Below are positions 27,101 to 38,990 of a stretch of DNA of 64,000 nucleotides, one piece after another. The translations under genes were made by a program, and so were the position numbers. The stretch is from Cenococcum geophilum. Its lineage: Eukaryota. Location: contig CP158635.1 in assembly GCA_050273025.1 (NCBI GenBank), positions 15,500,001 to 15,564,000 on the forward strand, read 5' to 3'. Within the stretch, counting starts at the first letter, position 1, and each line of letters opens with the position of its first letter. A model generated the notes under the pieces. That model made no database searches, was not told the DNA's origin, and was given only the letters and a program-made list of their open reading frames with translations.

Positions 27101-27601
27101 GCTATCAGTCTAATATATACTATACTAGTATACATTCTTTTAAGTTGTTAATCTATATACGCCCTAAACATTATAGAAACAGCTATAAGGTAACCTATTT
27201 TAGCTATAAGCTGTACCTTTTACTAACCAGGCAAATATAGGAGTGTTACTATAGTAGGTAAACGTAAAAACGCGTTATTAAATACTTAAACTAGTAGTAA
27301 GAACCCTACTTTAAGTTAACGTATAATAAGGAAATAAGGATAACTGGTATAATTAACCTTATATCTCTACCTAGCCTACTACTGGGAGTTGCCCACGTCT
27401 TAGCTAATAAAAGGAAAAACGCGCTAACGGAGAATAAGTATATAGAACCTAGCTAGAACGAGCACGTAGAACCTAGCTAGAATAAGCAATATTATAACTT
27501 TAGTCTAGTTATATCTAGGCGCGGAGAGGAGCAGGCACGTAATAGACCCTATTAACGTTATATATAATATATTAAGCTGGCTAACAATATATAGAATGTA
27601 C

Positions 27602-28800
27602 ATGGCCGCCTCTAGCTAAAAAGGGTAATCTCTAATAATAAGGATAGTGACTGCGAGTCTATACCTACTTCTTTTACAAAACGATAGCGACCAAATATTA
27701 ATTAATCTACTAAATCTGTTAATGATCTGGTAGTAGAACCAGCTTAGTTAAAGACGCGAAGTCCTAATCTTTTAGTTAAGGTAGGTTATACCTTTATACA
27801 TAACCGGAGTCTAACTATAATATTTAATAGTCTCCTCTACTATTTAGTACTTAATGGGCCTTAGTAAATAGAACACTCTTTTTACTATCTAACCGCCAAC
27901 CGCTATAAAAAGCAGCATCTTTATAATATACCTCCGGCTCTTAATAATTGCGTATTGGTTTAAAATACTCTTTTACGCGTCTAATCCGTACCTTACCGCG
28001 TAAACAATTGCGTGCTAGTTTAAAATACTCTTACGCGCGCCCAATCTATACCTTATCGCGTAAACAACCAATATTTGGCTTTATATTCTCCCTAGTAAGC
28101 TATATCCGCCTAAACCCTAACATAGCTTCGTCTATAAGATAAGTAACCTCCCTCTAATATAGAGTACACTAACCTAGTATTTAATCTAAAGGGGACCTAA
28201 ATAGCGCTAGGGAAAGTAAGGACGAGTTAGACTATAAAGACGATTTTAACCTAACTACCGCGCTACGGGCAAGAGAAGAGTACCTCTGGATATTATAACG
28301 GCGATATATAAAAGAAAACCCACCTAAGAGATATGAGCCTATATTTGCGCTTTATAGGTCTATTTTACTAGTAAGGCTAATAACTAACTCTAGGACTTAT
28401 AATAGGCATCTTATTAACCTATAGTTCGACCGCTTTCTAGGCCTTATTAAGGATATAATAAAAAAGGCATAATTAGAAGCCATTTTAAAGTAGCTAAAAG
28501 TAGTATAAAAAAAAGCTAATCGTATTCCTAACCCGGTGTCCGCTCATAAGGTATCTATATACTAGAAATATTATATTAAATTATCTACTAATAATCTTAA
28601 TATTATATATAGCTATTTAACGCAATAGGGAACTTTAGGAACTACGTAATTACGAAGGCTTATATAATTATAAGGGAGGTATTATTATGCCTAAGCCCAA
28701 CCCACTCGACCATACAAACCACCAAAAAGGTAGCAGCAGTGTCTCGCGACTGGACGGGCTGCCGGTTGGAATGTCTTATAAGCTCTCCAGCCCATACGTA
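27602..28800 (+). pseudogene. RIP-degraded cargo ORF, unknown function
   Basis: ATG at 27602 and coding-like frames (RAREEYLWIL.RR..KENPP.RYEPIFAL..) with RIP-type stops. Confidence 0.4.
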
Positions 28801-28949
28801 ACGTATGGGTAGCGCAAGGCATGACAGGTATATAGGCTAGGGTTTAACGACGCGCCCGAACTAATTATAGAACTACTAACTAATTATAATTTTATTACAC
28901 TAGATTACACAAAGGTATTTTGCCTATACTATTTAGTAAAATACTAATA

Positions 28950-29956
28950 AGAGTTAATAGCTAAGTAATAACCGCTTCCGTTCCGACGTAATAGTTACTA
29001 GTATAGCTAGTATATTTTACGGTAGAGGAAGGAACGGCCTTACCCGATTACCTTACTCTTATAATATATTTAAAAAGCTTACCAGTAATACTATTACTTT
29101 TGTTTTAACAGCAATATATTATATAATTAGGGAGTATAGAACTAGGTCTAAGGAAACGGACAACTTTTATAGCACTATTATTAGTGGTTAGTATATATCC
29201 GGTGTTTTACTACCTATTATTATTCTCTAACCCGTTGTAGAAGCCTATACTAACCTCTTAGGCGGCTAAAACCAGATGTCTAGAAAACGGCAATCTAAAA
29301 TCTAGCTATGGCTTTAGCCTATAGTTATTAAACATGCTATAGGCCTAATGCCGGATTAATTAACTATAGAAATTATTAAGGACCCGTATAAAGATGACCT
29401 TAACGACCTTATAGCGGATCTAAGCAATAATATAAGAGAGAGGTTCCTCGCAAGCCTTAGCAATAACGAAACTAACGCGATTATTAACTTAGGCTATTTA
29501 TTAGTAAGCTAGGCTATACTATCTAATCTACTAAGTCTGTCTTAAAGGGAGAGCTCTAGAGTAGGCCAGACTAGTCCACTAAATCCGTCTTAAAGGGAGA
29601 GCTCTAGAGTAAGCTAGAAAATCTAGGGCCCTACTACTACTATAATATTTGCTAATTTAACTTTTAAAACTAGCTAAGTTTGTTAGATTTAGCAGAATAT
29701 ATATCCTCCGCCCTAGTGTATTACTTTATCCTAAATATAGGAACCGGCGAGCCTAGGCTAAAAAGGTTTAAATCTAATAAGTTATTTATATAATTTAAGC
29801 AGTACTACAGCCTTATAGAGGACAGCTATAGCTAGTATAGTAATGGGAAAGCAATATTAAATTTAATTAAGAATAAGGAGTAGTATATAAAGTTTATAAT
29901 ATATACTCTGGACTCTAGTATAGAGGAGCCGGTAGAGTTTTTAGTAGGAGATTAGG
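28950..29956 (+). pseudogene. RIP-degraded cargo ORF, unknown function
   Basis: Coding-like frames PYKDDLNDLIADLS...ERFLASL and ...TLDSS.EEPVEFLVGD*. Contains a ~51-bp internal duplication at 29525-29615. Confidence 0.4.
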
Positions 29957-30339
29957 TGTAGGACTTTCTATACTCTCCTATAGGATAACTGCGGCTTCTT
30001 TATTGTATATACTAGCTCTTAATCTACCTTTCTTTCGGCCTATATCTACTACTCTTAGTAGCTACTTTTTGGCTATATATATATGCTATACTAGTAAAGC
30101 TAAATACTTATATTATATTATTGTCGCAGGGAGAGCAGGAAAGGTCTTATAATTTTAGAATATATTATAAAACAGTTAGAATATTATATTAAATTATCTA
30201 AAATAATATATTAGATTATATAAGGAAGTGTATACAATTTGCCTTACTAGCCTTATAAATAGCTTTAAAGTAGCCTTTTTTTATTATCTAAAATATACTG
30301 TTGGTACAAAAGAGGTAGATGGCTCCAAATACAATTATG

Positions 30340-30398
30340 GTTGCAGGTTGCGTGCAGGTTACGTACAGGTTGCGCGCAGGCTACGCGCAGGCTGCGTG
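30340..30398 (+). repeat. Right subterminal 11-bp repeats (GCAGGTTGCGT) of the Plavaka element
   Basis: 5-6 tandem copies about 120 bp from the right terminus. Confidence 0.85.
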
Positions 30399-30514
30399 TC
30401 AAAAAAACACAACATAGGCTAGTCGGTCGGGTTGCCAAATGCCCTCAACTGCGCGCCAATTGCGTCAACCACCAACCATTGAGGCCATTGGAAGGGTACC
30501 ATATTTTGCCAATA

Positions 30515-31192
30515 TAACTAAATAGGCTATCTATAAGTGTATTAAGGTATAGTATTTAGAATATAGATACTTACTAGCTATATATTTAGGCTTAAAATCT
30601 CTATCTATAGTAGGAAGGCGGATATAGATTTTACCTTTATTAGTCCTTTATATAAGAGGAGTATTAGTATTAACTATAGGGTATTCTATATAGCTACGTC
30701 TTATATTTTTACTACCTCCTTCTATTATCGCTTCTATTTAAGGTCTACCTATTTTGTAATAAGTATAGTAGATCTCTACTAGTACAGCGCTAGGTCTCTA
30801 CCTAGTAAGCTAATAGTTCCTATATTTTCTTTTCTTTCTTTACTACTTATAGGTAGAGGGCTTCCTAGCTAGTATACTTAGGCGTATTGCCTTTTAAGGG
30901 GCCCTCAATCCTTACATACGTTTTAGTATTTAGCATATATTTTCTTTTACTAAGTAGCCTTATACTATAACTATTCTCTATATAGTAGTTATATTAATAT
31001 ATAAGTCTACTAGTAGAACTACTACTTTATATTCTTGTATAGCGCGTAATATTCTCTTATAAACCCCTATAGTTCTATATAGGTACTAGATTTATAGCTT
31101 AGCTAATAGCGCTAAGGAGCTTTTTATTAATACCTTACTACCTAGTCTTAGGCCCTAGATCTAGGAGCCGTATAGTATTATTAGCCTTACTA
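30515..31192 (-). mobile_element. Tad1-like LINE fragment, continuation of 7160-7563
   Basis: Colinear with 1872-2890, without the solo LTR. Confidence 0.85.
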
Positions 31193-31284
31193 TAAATAAA
31201 TTAATAAATATCTATATAATTTCCTATATAATTATTTCTATAAATTTTATAATTAATTACTAGTATAAAAATATATATTTATAC

Positions 31285-31772
31285 GCCTATATAAGGCTCT
31301 ATATAAAGTTCTATACAAGGCTCTGCACAAAGCTCTATATAAGGCTCTACACAAAGCTCCGCTCGAAGCTCTACTTAAAGCTCTACTCGAAGCTCTACTT
31401 AAAGCTCTACTCGAAGCTCTGCTTAAAGCTCTGCTTAAGCTCCTCAAAGCTCTGCACAAGGCTCTGCTCGAAGCTCTGCACGAGGCTCTGCACGAAGCTC
31501 TGCACGAGGCTCTGCACGAAGCTCTGCACGAGGCTCTGCACGAAGCTCTGCACGAGGCTCTGCACGAAGCTCTGCACGAGGCTCTGCACGAAGCTCTGCA
31601 CGAAGCTCTGCACGAAGCTCTGCACGAAGCTCTGCACGAAGCTCTGCACGAAGCTCTGCAGAAGCTCTGCACGAATCTCTACGCGGAGCTCTGCGTAGGG
31701 CTCTGCGTAAGCCTCTACTAAAGCTCTACATAAGGCTTTATTAAAGCTCTGCGCGAGGCTCTACCTAAAGCT
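31285..31772 (+). repeat. 12-bp minisatellite (GAAGCTCTGCAC/GAGGCTCTGCAC)
   Basis: Same family and orientation as 858-1330. Confidence 0.95.
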
Positions 31773-32344
31773 TACCCCCTTCTATAAAGCAAATCTATAC
31801 CTACTAGTAGTCCTTAGTTATTATTTAAAGCTAGCTCGTCGGTTTGGGTACTCTGGCTGCGGTAGGAAGAGGTCATAGGAAAGGTGCGGCTGCTACGACT
31901 CGGGGGCGTCGGGCGCGATAACGAGATAACAAATTGGAATCGGGCAAATCGGGCAACGTAGTCTTCTTCGCCAGGTTTGATTTGGTAATTCTAGCCGTTA
32001 GGAATAGCTTAGGGAGCTATAGAAGTTAAGACAATTTGGCTCAAAGTAGGTGTATATAGGCCTAAATACCCCGCGCAGGACTAACAAAAATCCGAACCGT
32101 GTACCAGACCTTCTAACAAAGGTCTTGCCAAAAGCGGCTAGCGGCTTGGCAAGGTAAGCCTTGGCAAGAAGGTCTGGGAACGAGACAATGGGAGACGGGC
32201 GATCGAGCGTCGTCGATATTCGAAATTTCCATTTTCCCAATTTTATTTCTTACTACTTGTACTACCCCTACCTATTAACCACAACCTTACGGAGTATGGT
32301 ATAGTCATCCCGGAGGAGTTTCCTATTCGCTAGAGCTCATAGAG

Positions 32345-32523
32345 CCTGGGGGGGTGTGTTGGTAGGGGGGGGTACTTGGGCAGTCTCTTTGAGCTCAGCG
32401 ACGTGTCACGTGACAGCGCGCGGGCCATCGTGTAGATATCTTCTCGGGGCCTTCGAGCCCCTGAGATTCTTCCTCATAGAGTATCATATGTATCATTCCA
32501 TCAGCCTGCTCAGTGCCCTGACA
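32345..32523 (+). mobile_element. Putative 3' LTR with polypurine tract (retroelement remnant)
   Basis: A G-run at 32348-32354 is followed by TGTTGG...CCCTGACA (32357-32523). GC-rich with little RIP. Confidence 0.45.
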
Positions 32524-33675
32524 GTTGCCTAATAGATTAACTCTAATTATATTCTAAGAATTACTACAAGGAAGGAACTATCTAGGTAGGGACTGTGGTC
32601 CTTTAAATACACAACTATACTCCTATAAAATCCTTCTTATACATAATATACGTGCGCTCTATTTACTCTATTACGGATTATATAGATCCCTTAAATTATA
32701 TAGATTACGTTACGTAACCTTAGTTACTATTCCTCGTTATATAGCTCTATTAGCTCTATCCTAGACCGTGCTTAAATTAACCAACTAAATTCTTCTAACT
32801 CTTCTCCAAGTAGTTATAACATCGTACTTAAAGCGTCTATAATATTTACCACCTTATTTAACTTATAAGCTTTAACCACTAGATATAGGTTATTTTAGGC
32901 CACTTTCTTACTACTATAGGGAGTAAGTAGATACCTTCTATTAATATAGCTACTTAGGCGTTAATAAAGAATTTTTTTAAAGCTCTACCTAAAGGTGTAT
33001 ATATAGGTATTTACCCCTAATACGATCTATAGCGCCTAGAAAGCTATAGGCCTTCTATCTTATAATTTTACTACTATCTTAGAGACTCTTACCCGTATAA
33101 AGGTAAGCCTAATCCTAATTATACTTATTAGGGTTTAGAACGGCTCTATTTAATATAGCGACGTTAAGCTTTAGTAGAGTCGTTAGTGTCTTTAAAGTGC
33201 GTAAAGCAGTAGGTATATTTAATCCCTTTATATTTTAGCTTTAAAAAGGCTCTATTATATATTTAGGTATAATCTATAGCCTATAAATAAGTATATTAAA
33301 GGGTCGTTGATCTGAAAAGGGACGTCGCAGGAATATAGTAGTCGTCCGTGCAATTAGTCGGCGCGTGGGCCTATATCACTACTATAACGTAGTTAAATTA
33401 ATTTAAGCGATATTAAGATCGAAAGAGTAATATAAAGGCTTTAATTTGGCCTATTTGAAATATATATAAGCTTGTTATTGATTTTATTATAAATTGATTA
33501 AATATCACCTGTATGTGGCTCGCTACGTAGGGTGGCTCGCTTCCTGGTCAGCTATATTATTTAAAGATCTTCTATCTAGTCTTCCTTTACTACCTCTATT
33601 GAAAAGTAGGATCAAGAGAGAACTCTATCTAATTGAGAGCGGCCAGTGCTTTTATCAATATTCGGTATTGATCAC

Positions 33676-33876
33676 TATGAGGTAAGGATGTGGATAGGGA
33701 GTCTAATTGATATAACAATAGGGTATATTATATAGATAGACGAATCCTTAAGGGAAGAGGAGGAGTCTGTGTGCGAGACAAGGAAGGGTTTCCTTAGGTA
33801 CGTGCAGCGCACGTACCTCATAGGCGAGTCACCCCTGAGGGAGAAACCTCTTGGCAGGAATCTGACCAATTAGACA
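33676..33876 (-). mobile_element. LTR fragment related to the 5' LTR of the Gypsy element at 40.5-46.5 kb
   Basis: 33676-33838 aligns directly with 46287-46448 (e.g. AATCCTTAAGGGAA.AGGAGGAGTCTGTGTG, GGCGAGTCACCCCT). Confidence 0.7.
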
Positions 33877-34345
33877 ACTTCGACCGTGCGGTCGAAGTTC
33901 CTTGAAATCTCTTCAACCACCTATATAAAAATAAGCAATACATAGAGTTTTAGCTCTATAACCTCAATTTAATATATAAAGCTATGCGTAGAGCCTCTTT
34001 ACGCCTCTATAAGTAAAGTCTCTATATATAGAGCCTTTGTATACAGAGCTATAGTATATAGAGCTATTATACGTGGAGTTATTATACGTAGGGCCGTATG
34101 CAAAGCTATTATATATAAATATAACCGACTACTAGTACTAAGACTTGCGCTACCTTATAACTTACTATCCTATTTCCTACTATTGTATATCTTACTACTT
34201 ATTTTTGTTACCTATTTCTATTACCTATTACTAATTAAGTGGCGCTATCTACAGTGGAGACTGTGGATTATTATTATTATCTTTTTGCTACCTACCTTAT
34301 GTATATATAGACACTTTAGAGCTACGTTTATAATTAAGTCGCTTG

Positions 34346-34620
34346 TATTACGGCTTGTATAAATACCTCTAAACTAAAGCTTATAGAATGCTGTATTATA
34401 AAGATACTAAGCTAAAGAGAAGGAAAAGGGGTTGCTAGGACCGATGTAAATAAATATATAAAGTAAGCCGCTAAGGCGCTAGCTTTGGGCGGGCCAATTA
34501 TAGGTCGGTAGAATATAGCAGAATTTAGCAAGTAACGTGCGATAGCGCCGTTATATCACCCCCCTCTTTAAAAGAAAGCCTACTCTTAGGCTTAGTTAGA
34601 AATAGAGTAGTACTAGGCTT
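34346..34620 (-). mobile_element. 3' LTR plus PPT remnant related at its 3' internal end to the gag-only element
   Basis: TA(=TG)TTACGGC...GCCGTTATA (34346-34555), then TCACCCCCCTCTTTAAAAGAAAGCCT..CTTAGGCTT, which is the inverse of 38763-38797. Confidence 0.65.
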
Positions 34621-34825
34621 ATAAAACGTGGAATTATAAAATATAAGATAAGGAGAAAAAGGGGATATAAGTGCGTCCGGACTAAGTATAAAAAGGTAAT
34701 TATAGGTTAAGTAGAAGCACTAGGCTAGAAAAGGTAGCTATTAAAAGTCTTAGCATAGATCTAACTAATTAGGCAACTTTAACCGGCGGTTAAAGTTTCT
34801 AGATATCTAAAATTTTATAGTACTA

Positions 34826-35170
34826 CAGTCAAAACTCTTTATAACGATGCGGGTCGTACGGCCGACCGTATCGTAATACCAATGGTATTGTTATATATAA
34901 AGTCACGTGTTAGATTAATAAGCGGGGAAAAGGAGGCCGATACGTGGCCGGGTATCCTAAAAGGGTGTAGGGCACCTACCTTACGGGCTAAGTAGGGTCC
35001 CTCCCATACAAAATCTCTACTAGTTATACCGATTTTGGTAGGGAAAACTTAACGATATTGTGAATAGTTAGTATATTGTAATATTACACTAAAAAAACTT
35101 TAATTAAGGTGTAGATTGTAATATAGAGTATATCGTTGTAATCAAATATCGTACTAAAGAGTTTTGACTG
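34826..35170. mobile_element. Tc1/mariner (pogo-like) MITE, 345 bp
   Basis: 23-bp TIRs CAGTCAAAACTCTTTA..ACGAT, flanked by TA on both sides. Confidence 0.9.
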
Positions 35171-37288
35171 TAGCAGAAAACGGCAGAATATAGTAGAATT
35201 TAGCAGATAGCTATCTTAGGGCTTTAAGGCGTTCTTATCCCTATACTCCTCTAGTAATTTATTATCTTTATTATACTAGCATTTTATCTACTTATCTAGG
35301 TACTTTAGGGGTCTAGGTATATTAGGGTATTAGTTATAAAACTCTTTAAGCTTCTAGAGGTAGCTTATAAAGTTCTATATAGGGTACTACATTAGGAAAA
35401 TATTTATAGAATAAGATTTAAGTAGACTTTATTTAGCGCGTTTCGCGTAATTAATATACAATTAATTAACTTAATATATAACTTAACTAACTTAATATGC
35501 AATTAACTAACTTAATATATAACTTAACTAACTTACTATATAATTAACTAACTTAATATGTAATTAACTAACTTAATATATTTAAAAGTTAAATAATATA
35601 CAGTTAACCTACTTAACAACTTTAAAAGCTAACTGCATATTCCTTAACACGCAATTAACTAACTTAACAACTTTAAAAGCTAACTGCACATTCCTTAATA
35701 TGCAATTAAGGTAATATAATATATTATTTTAAAGTTATATACCAATTACGCAAATGAATTTTTACTATTATCTTAGCCTATAGTATACTAGCTTATAATA
35801 TATATTAGGATTAAAATAATTATATATAATTTTATATAATTTTATATAATCTTATATAATCTTATACAATCTTATATAATCTTATACAATCTTATATAAT
35901 CTTATATAGGTTTATTATTATATTATATATTATAGATTCTATACTAGCTTAGCTACTTTTACTATTTATTCTAGCTTCTATATAATAACGTAATATAAGT
36001 TCCTTTTTTAAAAAAGTTATATAAGTATAGAGTATTATATTGGTCCTAATTAATATAATTATTAACATAGTATAAATCTAGATAAGAAGTAGCAGCTAGA
36101 ATAATATGCGCGCTTTATAGAATAAATAGCATTAAATAAAAGCAACTACCTCTAAGTACTTGCCTAGTATTTACGCTTAGGCGCGGCCACCTTTTTACCT
36201 TAACTATGCTATATGTTGGATGCGGCAGTTTATAATTCAATAGCTAAAGCAGCTTTACTATAGCTCTAGTATACTATATATATATATATATACTATACTT
36301 ATCTAACCTTTTAATATCTAGAATAGTAATAATTAGCTAAAGCTGGCCTATAAGTCCCCTACCTAACGGCGTGCGGCCCTTTTTAGTACGGTTGCTGTTA
36401 TCCATATACTTCTAGACCTATACGTAATTACGCCTCTACTAGTTAAAATATTACTAATTTAGTATATAACGTACTACCTCACTAATTTAGCCCTTAAGGT
36501 CGGTTATATTTTTTCCGTTTTATTTCTAACAGCGAATAAATAAATGTATTTTAATAAGCAGGCGCTTAACCTGTAAGGGGTCCTTCTCTTTCCGGTCTAT
36601 ATTAGAGTTCTAGGCATATTTACCTTATAGTTTTCGCCTATACTCTTAAATAAATACCGTAATACCGTCTAGAAACCCTAGGATTTTATAATAGTTTACT
36701 ATATAAGATATATAAAGCCATATCTTTAACCTAAGACGCCTTTAGATAAGATCTATTGCCCTATTTATATCTTCTAAAAGCTACTAAAGCTTTATAACTG
36801 CTAAATATTATATTAGTTAAGTAACCTACACCTCTAGACACTAGGAAGACTGTAGTATAGAATTACTATTTATAAGAGCTATTTCGTCTTCTATTGCTAG
36901 TACTACTACCTATCTTAAATTATAAGAGTAGATTTAAGATGGCGAATCCCGTTTATTTATTAAGTTATAAAACGCCTTAATAATATAACGGTGTCTAGCT
37001 TCGCTATTTACGCTAGTATAGTACCTATCTGCGCATCTATATAGGTGGATATTTTCCTTAAAATATACAAGCCTGAGGGCATGGAATTTTAGTATATTAA
37101 AATGGCCTATATTAGAATCCTTTGCCTTTAAACAGAAACTTTAAAACACGCCTTTAAGCATATCAATTTAATATAGGGCGTAGTGCATATATTATAGTGC
37201 CTCCTTATTATAGGTGCGATACTAAGCTATAATAACGAAGTTATATACGGCTCTTATAAAATGCATAGTATATAGTTCCCTAGACGAC

Positions 37289-38990
37289 TGTGACGGCGCT
37301 GGGGCGCGTCACCTAGTCAGGGGTTCGCTTAGGACTTGGCATGTGTATATGGACGTGGCCTCACCACCTTCTCTTGCTCCTTAGCTTAATATCTTCGTAA
37401 TACAGCATTCGTTCGCTTCTCCTTGCAAGCATTCATTTAAGTCTCTGTCGAGACATTTGTTTGACAGTTCGAGCCGTCACATTATATTAAGCTCCCCAGT
37501 CATACGCAGGCTGCGGTATCTCAGGTCTCAGGTTCCGTATAGGCTGATCGTGCATGCGTGCGAGCGACACCTATAGCTTCTCTTAGGTTTACCCCAGGCT
37601 CGCGTTTCTTCTTCTTTATTATCATTATTATTATCATCATCTTCTTCTTCTACGATGGACCCAATGCAGGCTTTTGCAGACTTACAGGCCCAGGTCGCAC
37701 AGCTGCAAGCCGAAGTCCAATTTTTACGTTCTATAACGACCACCCCCTCCCGACCGAAGCCCTCCCTTCTAGACCCCGAAAAGTTCAACGGACACCCTTA
37801 TAAATTTAATACTTGGTTGCCATCGATTAAGGCAAAGTTACGGGTTGATAGTGCGGCTATTGGCGATACAGTCGCGCAGTTCTACTACGTGTACTTGAAT
37901 CTCGATAGCAGCGTACAGGCAATAGTTCTCCCCCAGCTTGGACAGGCAGAAAAGTCAAATACGTGGGATTACAATACAATTCTTGATCAGTTGGTGCGCG
38001 TCTACGATAACCTGAACAAGGTGCAACAGGCAGAGGATAGGCTGCTGTCCCTACGGCAAGATAACGATTTAGTACCGACCTATATATCAAAATTCGAACG
38101 CGTTCTGTACGAGGCAGACGGGCAGAATTGGCCAGATGTTAATAAGATATCAATATTTAGGAACGGGCTAAGCACTACCATCCGTAGTAGGCTTAATTAG
38201 CAGCTTAACCTACCGAAAAAATACCCTGATTTTGTTCGAACCGTTCAACAGCTAGCTGGCCGATTGTCTTCTTATTCTACGGTACAGTCTTCTAGCAACG
38301 GCAACGGTAACGGCAACTACTATCGCGGAGCAGAGCCTATGGATATCGGTGCTATTGGAATTAACGCAATTGATACCTCTACCTCCGCACGATCTATCTC
38401 CGCACGATCTACCTCCGCACGATCTACACCCCCACAATCTACTAGTTCCCCCATGGGACCCCGCGCTCGGTCTATGTCACCAGCTTATAGAGAACGATGT
38501 AGATTGGAAGGACGTTGCGTACGCTGTGGTGCACATGACCACTGGGTTGAAGATTGTCTGCTAGAGCCGTTTAAGAAGCAGATTAGTATGACAGCCCTCT
38601 GTGACTATAACCAGGCTCTCCAAAAATAGGCTCTCCGCGATCTGGCTACCTATAATCAGGAATTTAAATCGGATTTGGATATAGATGAGGAAATTGGTTG
38701 GTTATAAAGGGGTGAGATTTAATCTATTTACTGTATGTAAGATAGATAAGCACCTAGAGAAAAGCCTAAGGGCAGGCTTTTTCAAAGAGGGGGGTGATGT
38801 GACGGCGCTGGGGCGCGTCACCTAGTCAGGGGTTCGCTTAGGACTTGGCATGTGTATATAGACGTGGCCTCACCACCTTCTCTTGCTCCTTAGCTTAATA
38901 TCTTCGTAATACAGCATTCGTTCGCTTCTCCTTGCAAGCATTCATTCAAGTCTCTGTCGAGACATTTGTTTGATAGTTCGAGCCGTCACA
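37289..38990 (+). mobile_element. Gag-only non-autonomous LTR retroelement (1702 bp)
   Basis: 193-bp LTRs at 37289-37481 and 38798-38990 (TGTGACGGC...GCCGTCACA), TSD ACGAC, PPT AAAGAGGGGGG before the 3' LTR. No pol. Confidence 0.95.
37655..38629 (+). pseudogene. gag: Ty3/Gypsy-type Gag with zinc knuckle, one in-frame TAG
   Basis: ORFs 37655-38200 and 38264-38629 are in the same frame, separated by TAG at 38198-38200 (likely CAG). Motifs DPEKFNG, EPMDI and CVRCGAHDHWVEDC. Confidence 0.9.

Larger units (their letters stand above)
7564..30514 (-). mobile_element. Giant (~23 kb) Plavaka-type DNA transposon with cargo genes
   Basis: Termini are CATCGGGAAAATAT and ATATTTTGCCAATA (RIPed inverse). 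TA is duplicated at 7562-7563 and 30515-30516, confirmed by the empty LINE site. Subterminal CGCAATTG-type repeats occur at both ends, and a Plavaka transposase relic lies next to the left end. Confidence 0.85.
229..32188. mobile_element. Non-autonomous TIR DNA element (core ~2.2 kb) with 8-bp TSD, inflated to 32 kb by nested insertions
   Basis: Left end TTATCTCGGTCCCAGAC..GTCTGGTACACGGTTCGGAAATTTGTTAGTCC (229-321) is the imperfect inverse of GGACTAACAAAAATCCGAACCGTGTACCAGAC..GTCTGGGAACGAGACAA (32078-32188). TGGGAGAC is repeated directly at 221-228 and 32189-32196. The same 12-bp minisatellite lies inside both ends. Confidence 0.75.

Noticed and set aside
7564..30514. Starship element
   Set aside because: No tyrosine-recombinase captain was recognised at either end. 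The terminal gene is a Plavaka transposase and the ends are TIRs with a TA duplication.
32560..33300. Possible transposase relic on the minus strand
   Set aside because: Coding-like, but no motif could be recognised.
38198..38200. Programmed stop-codon readthrough in gag
   Set aside because: TAG in a CAG CAG context is the expected RIP product, and no pol lies downstream.
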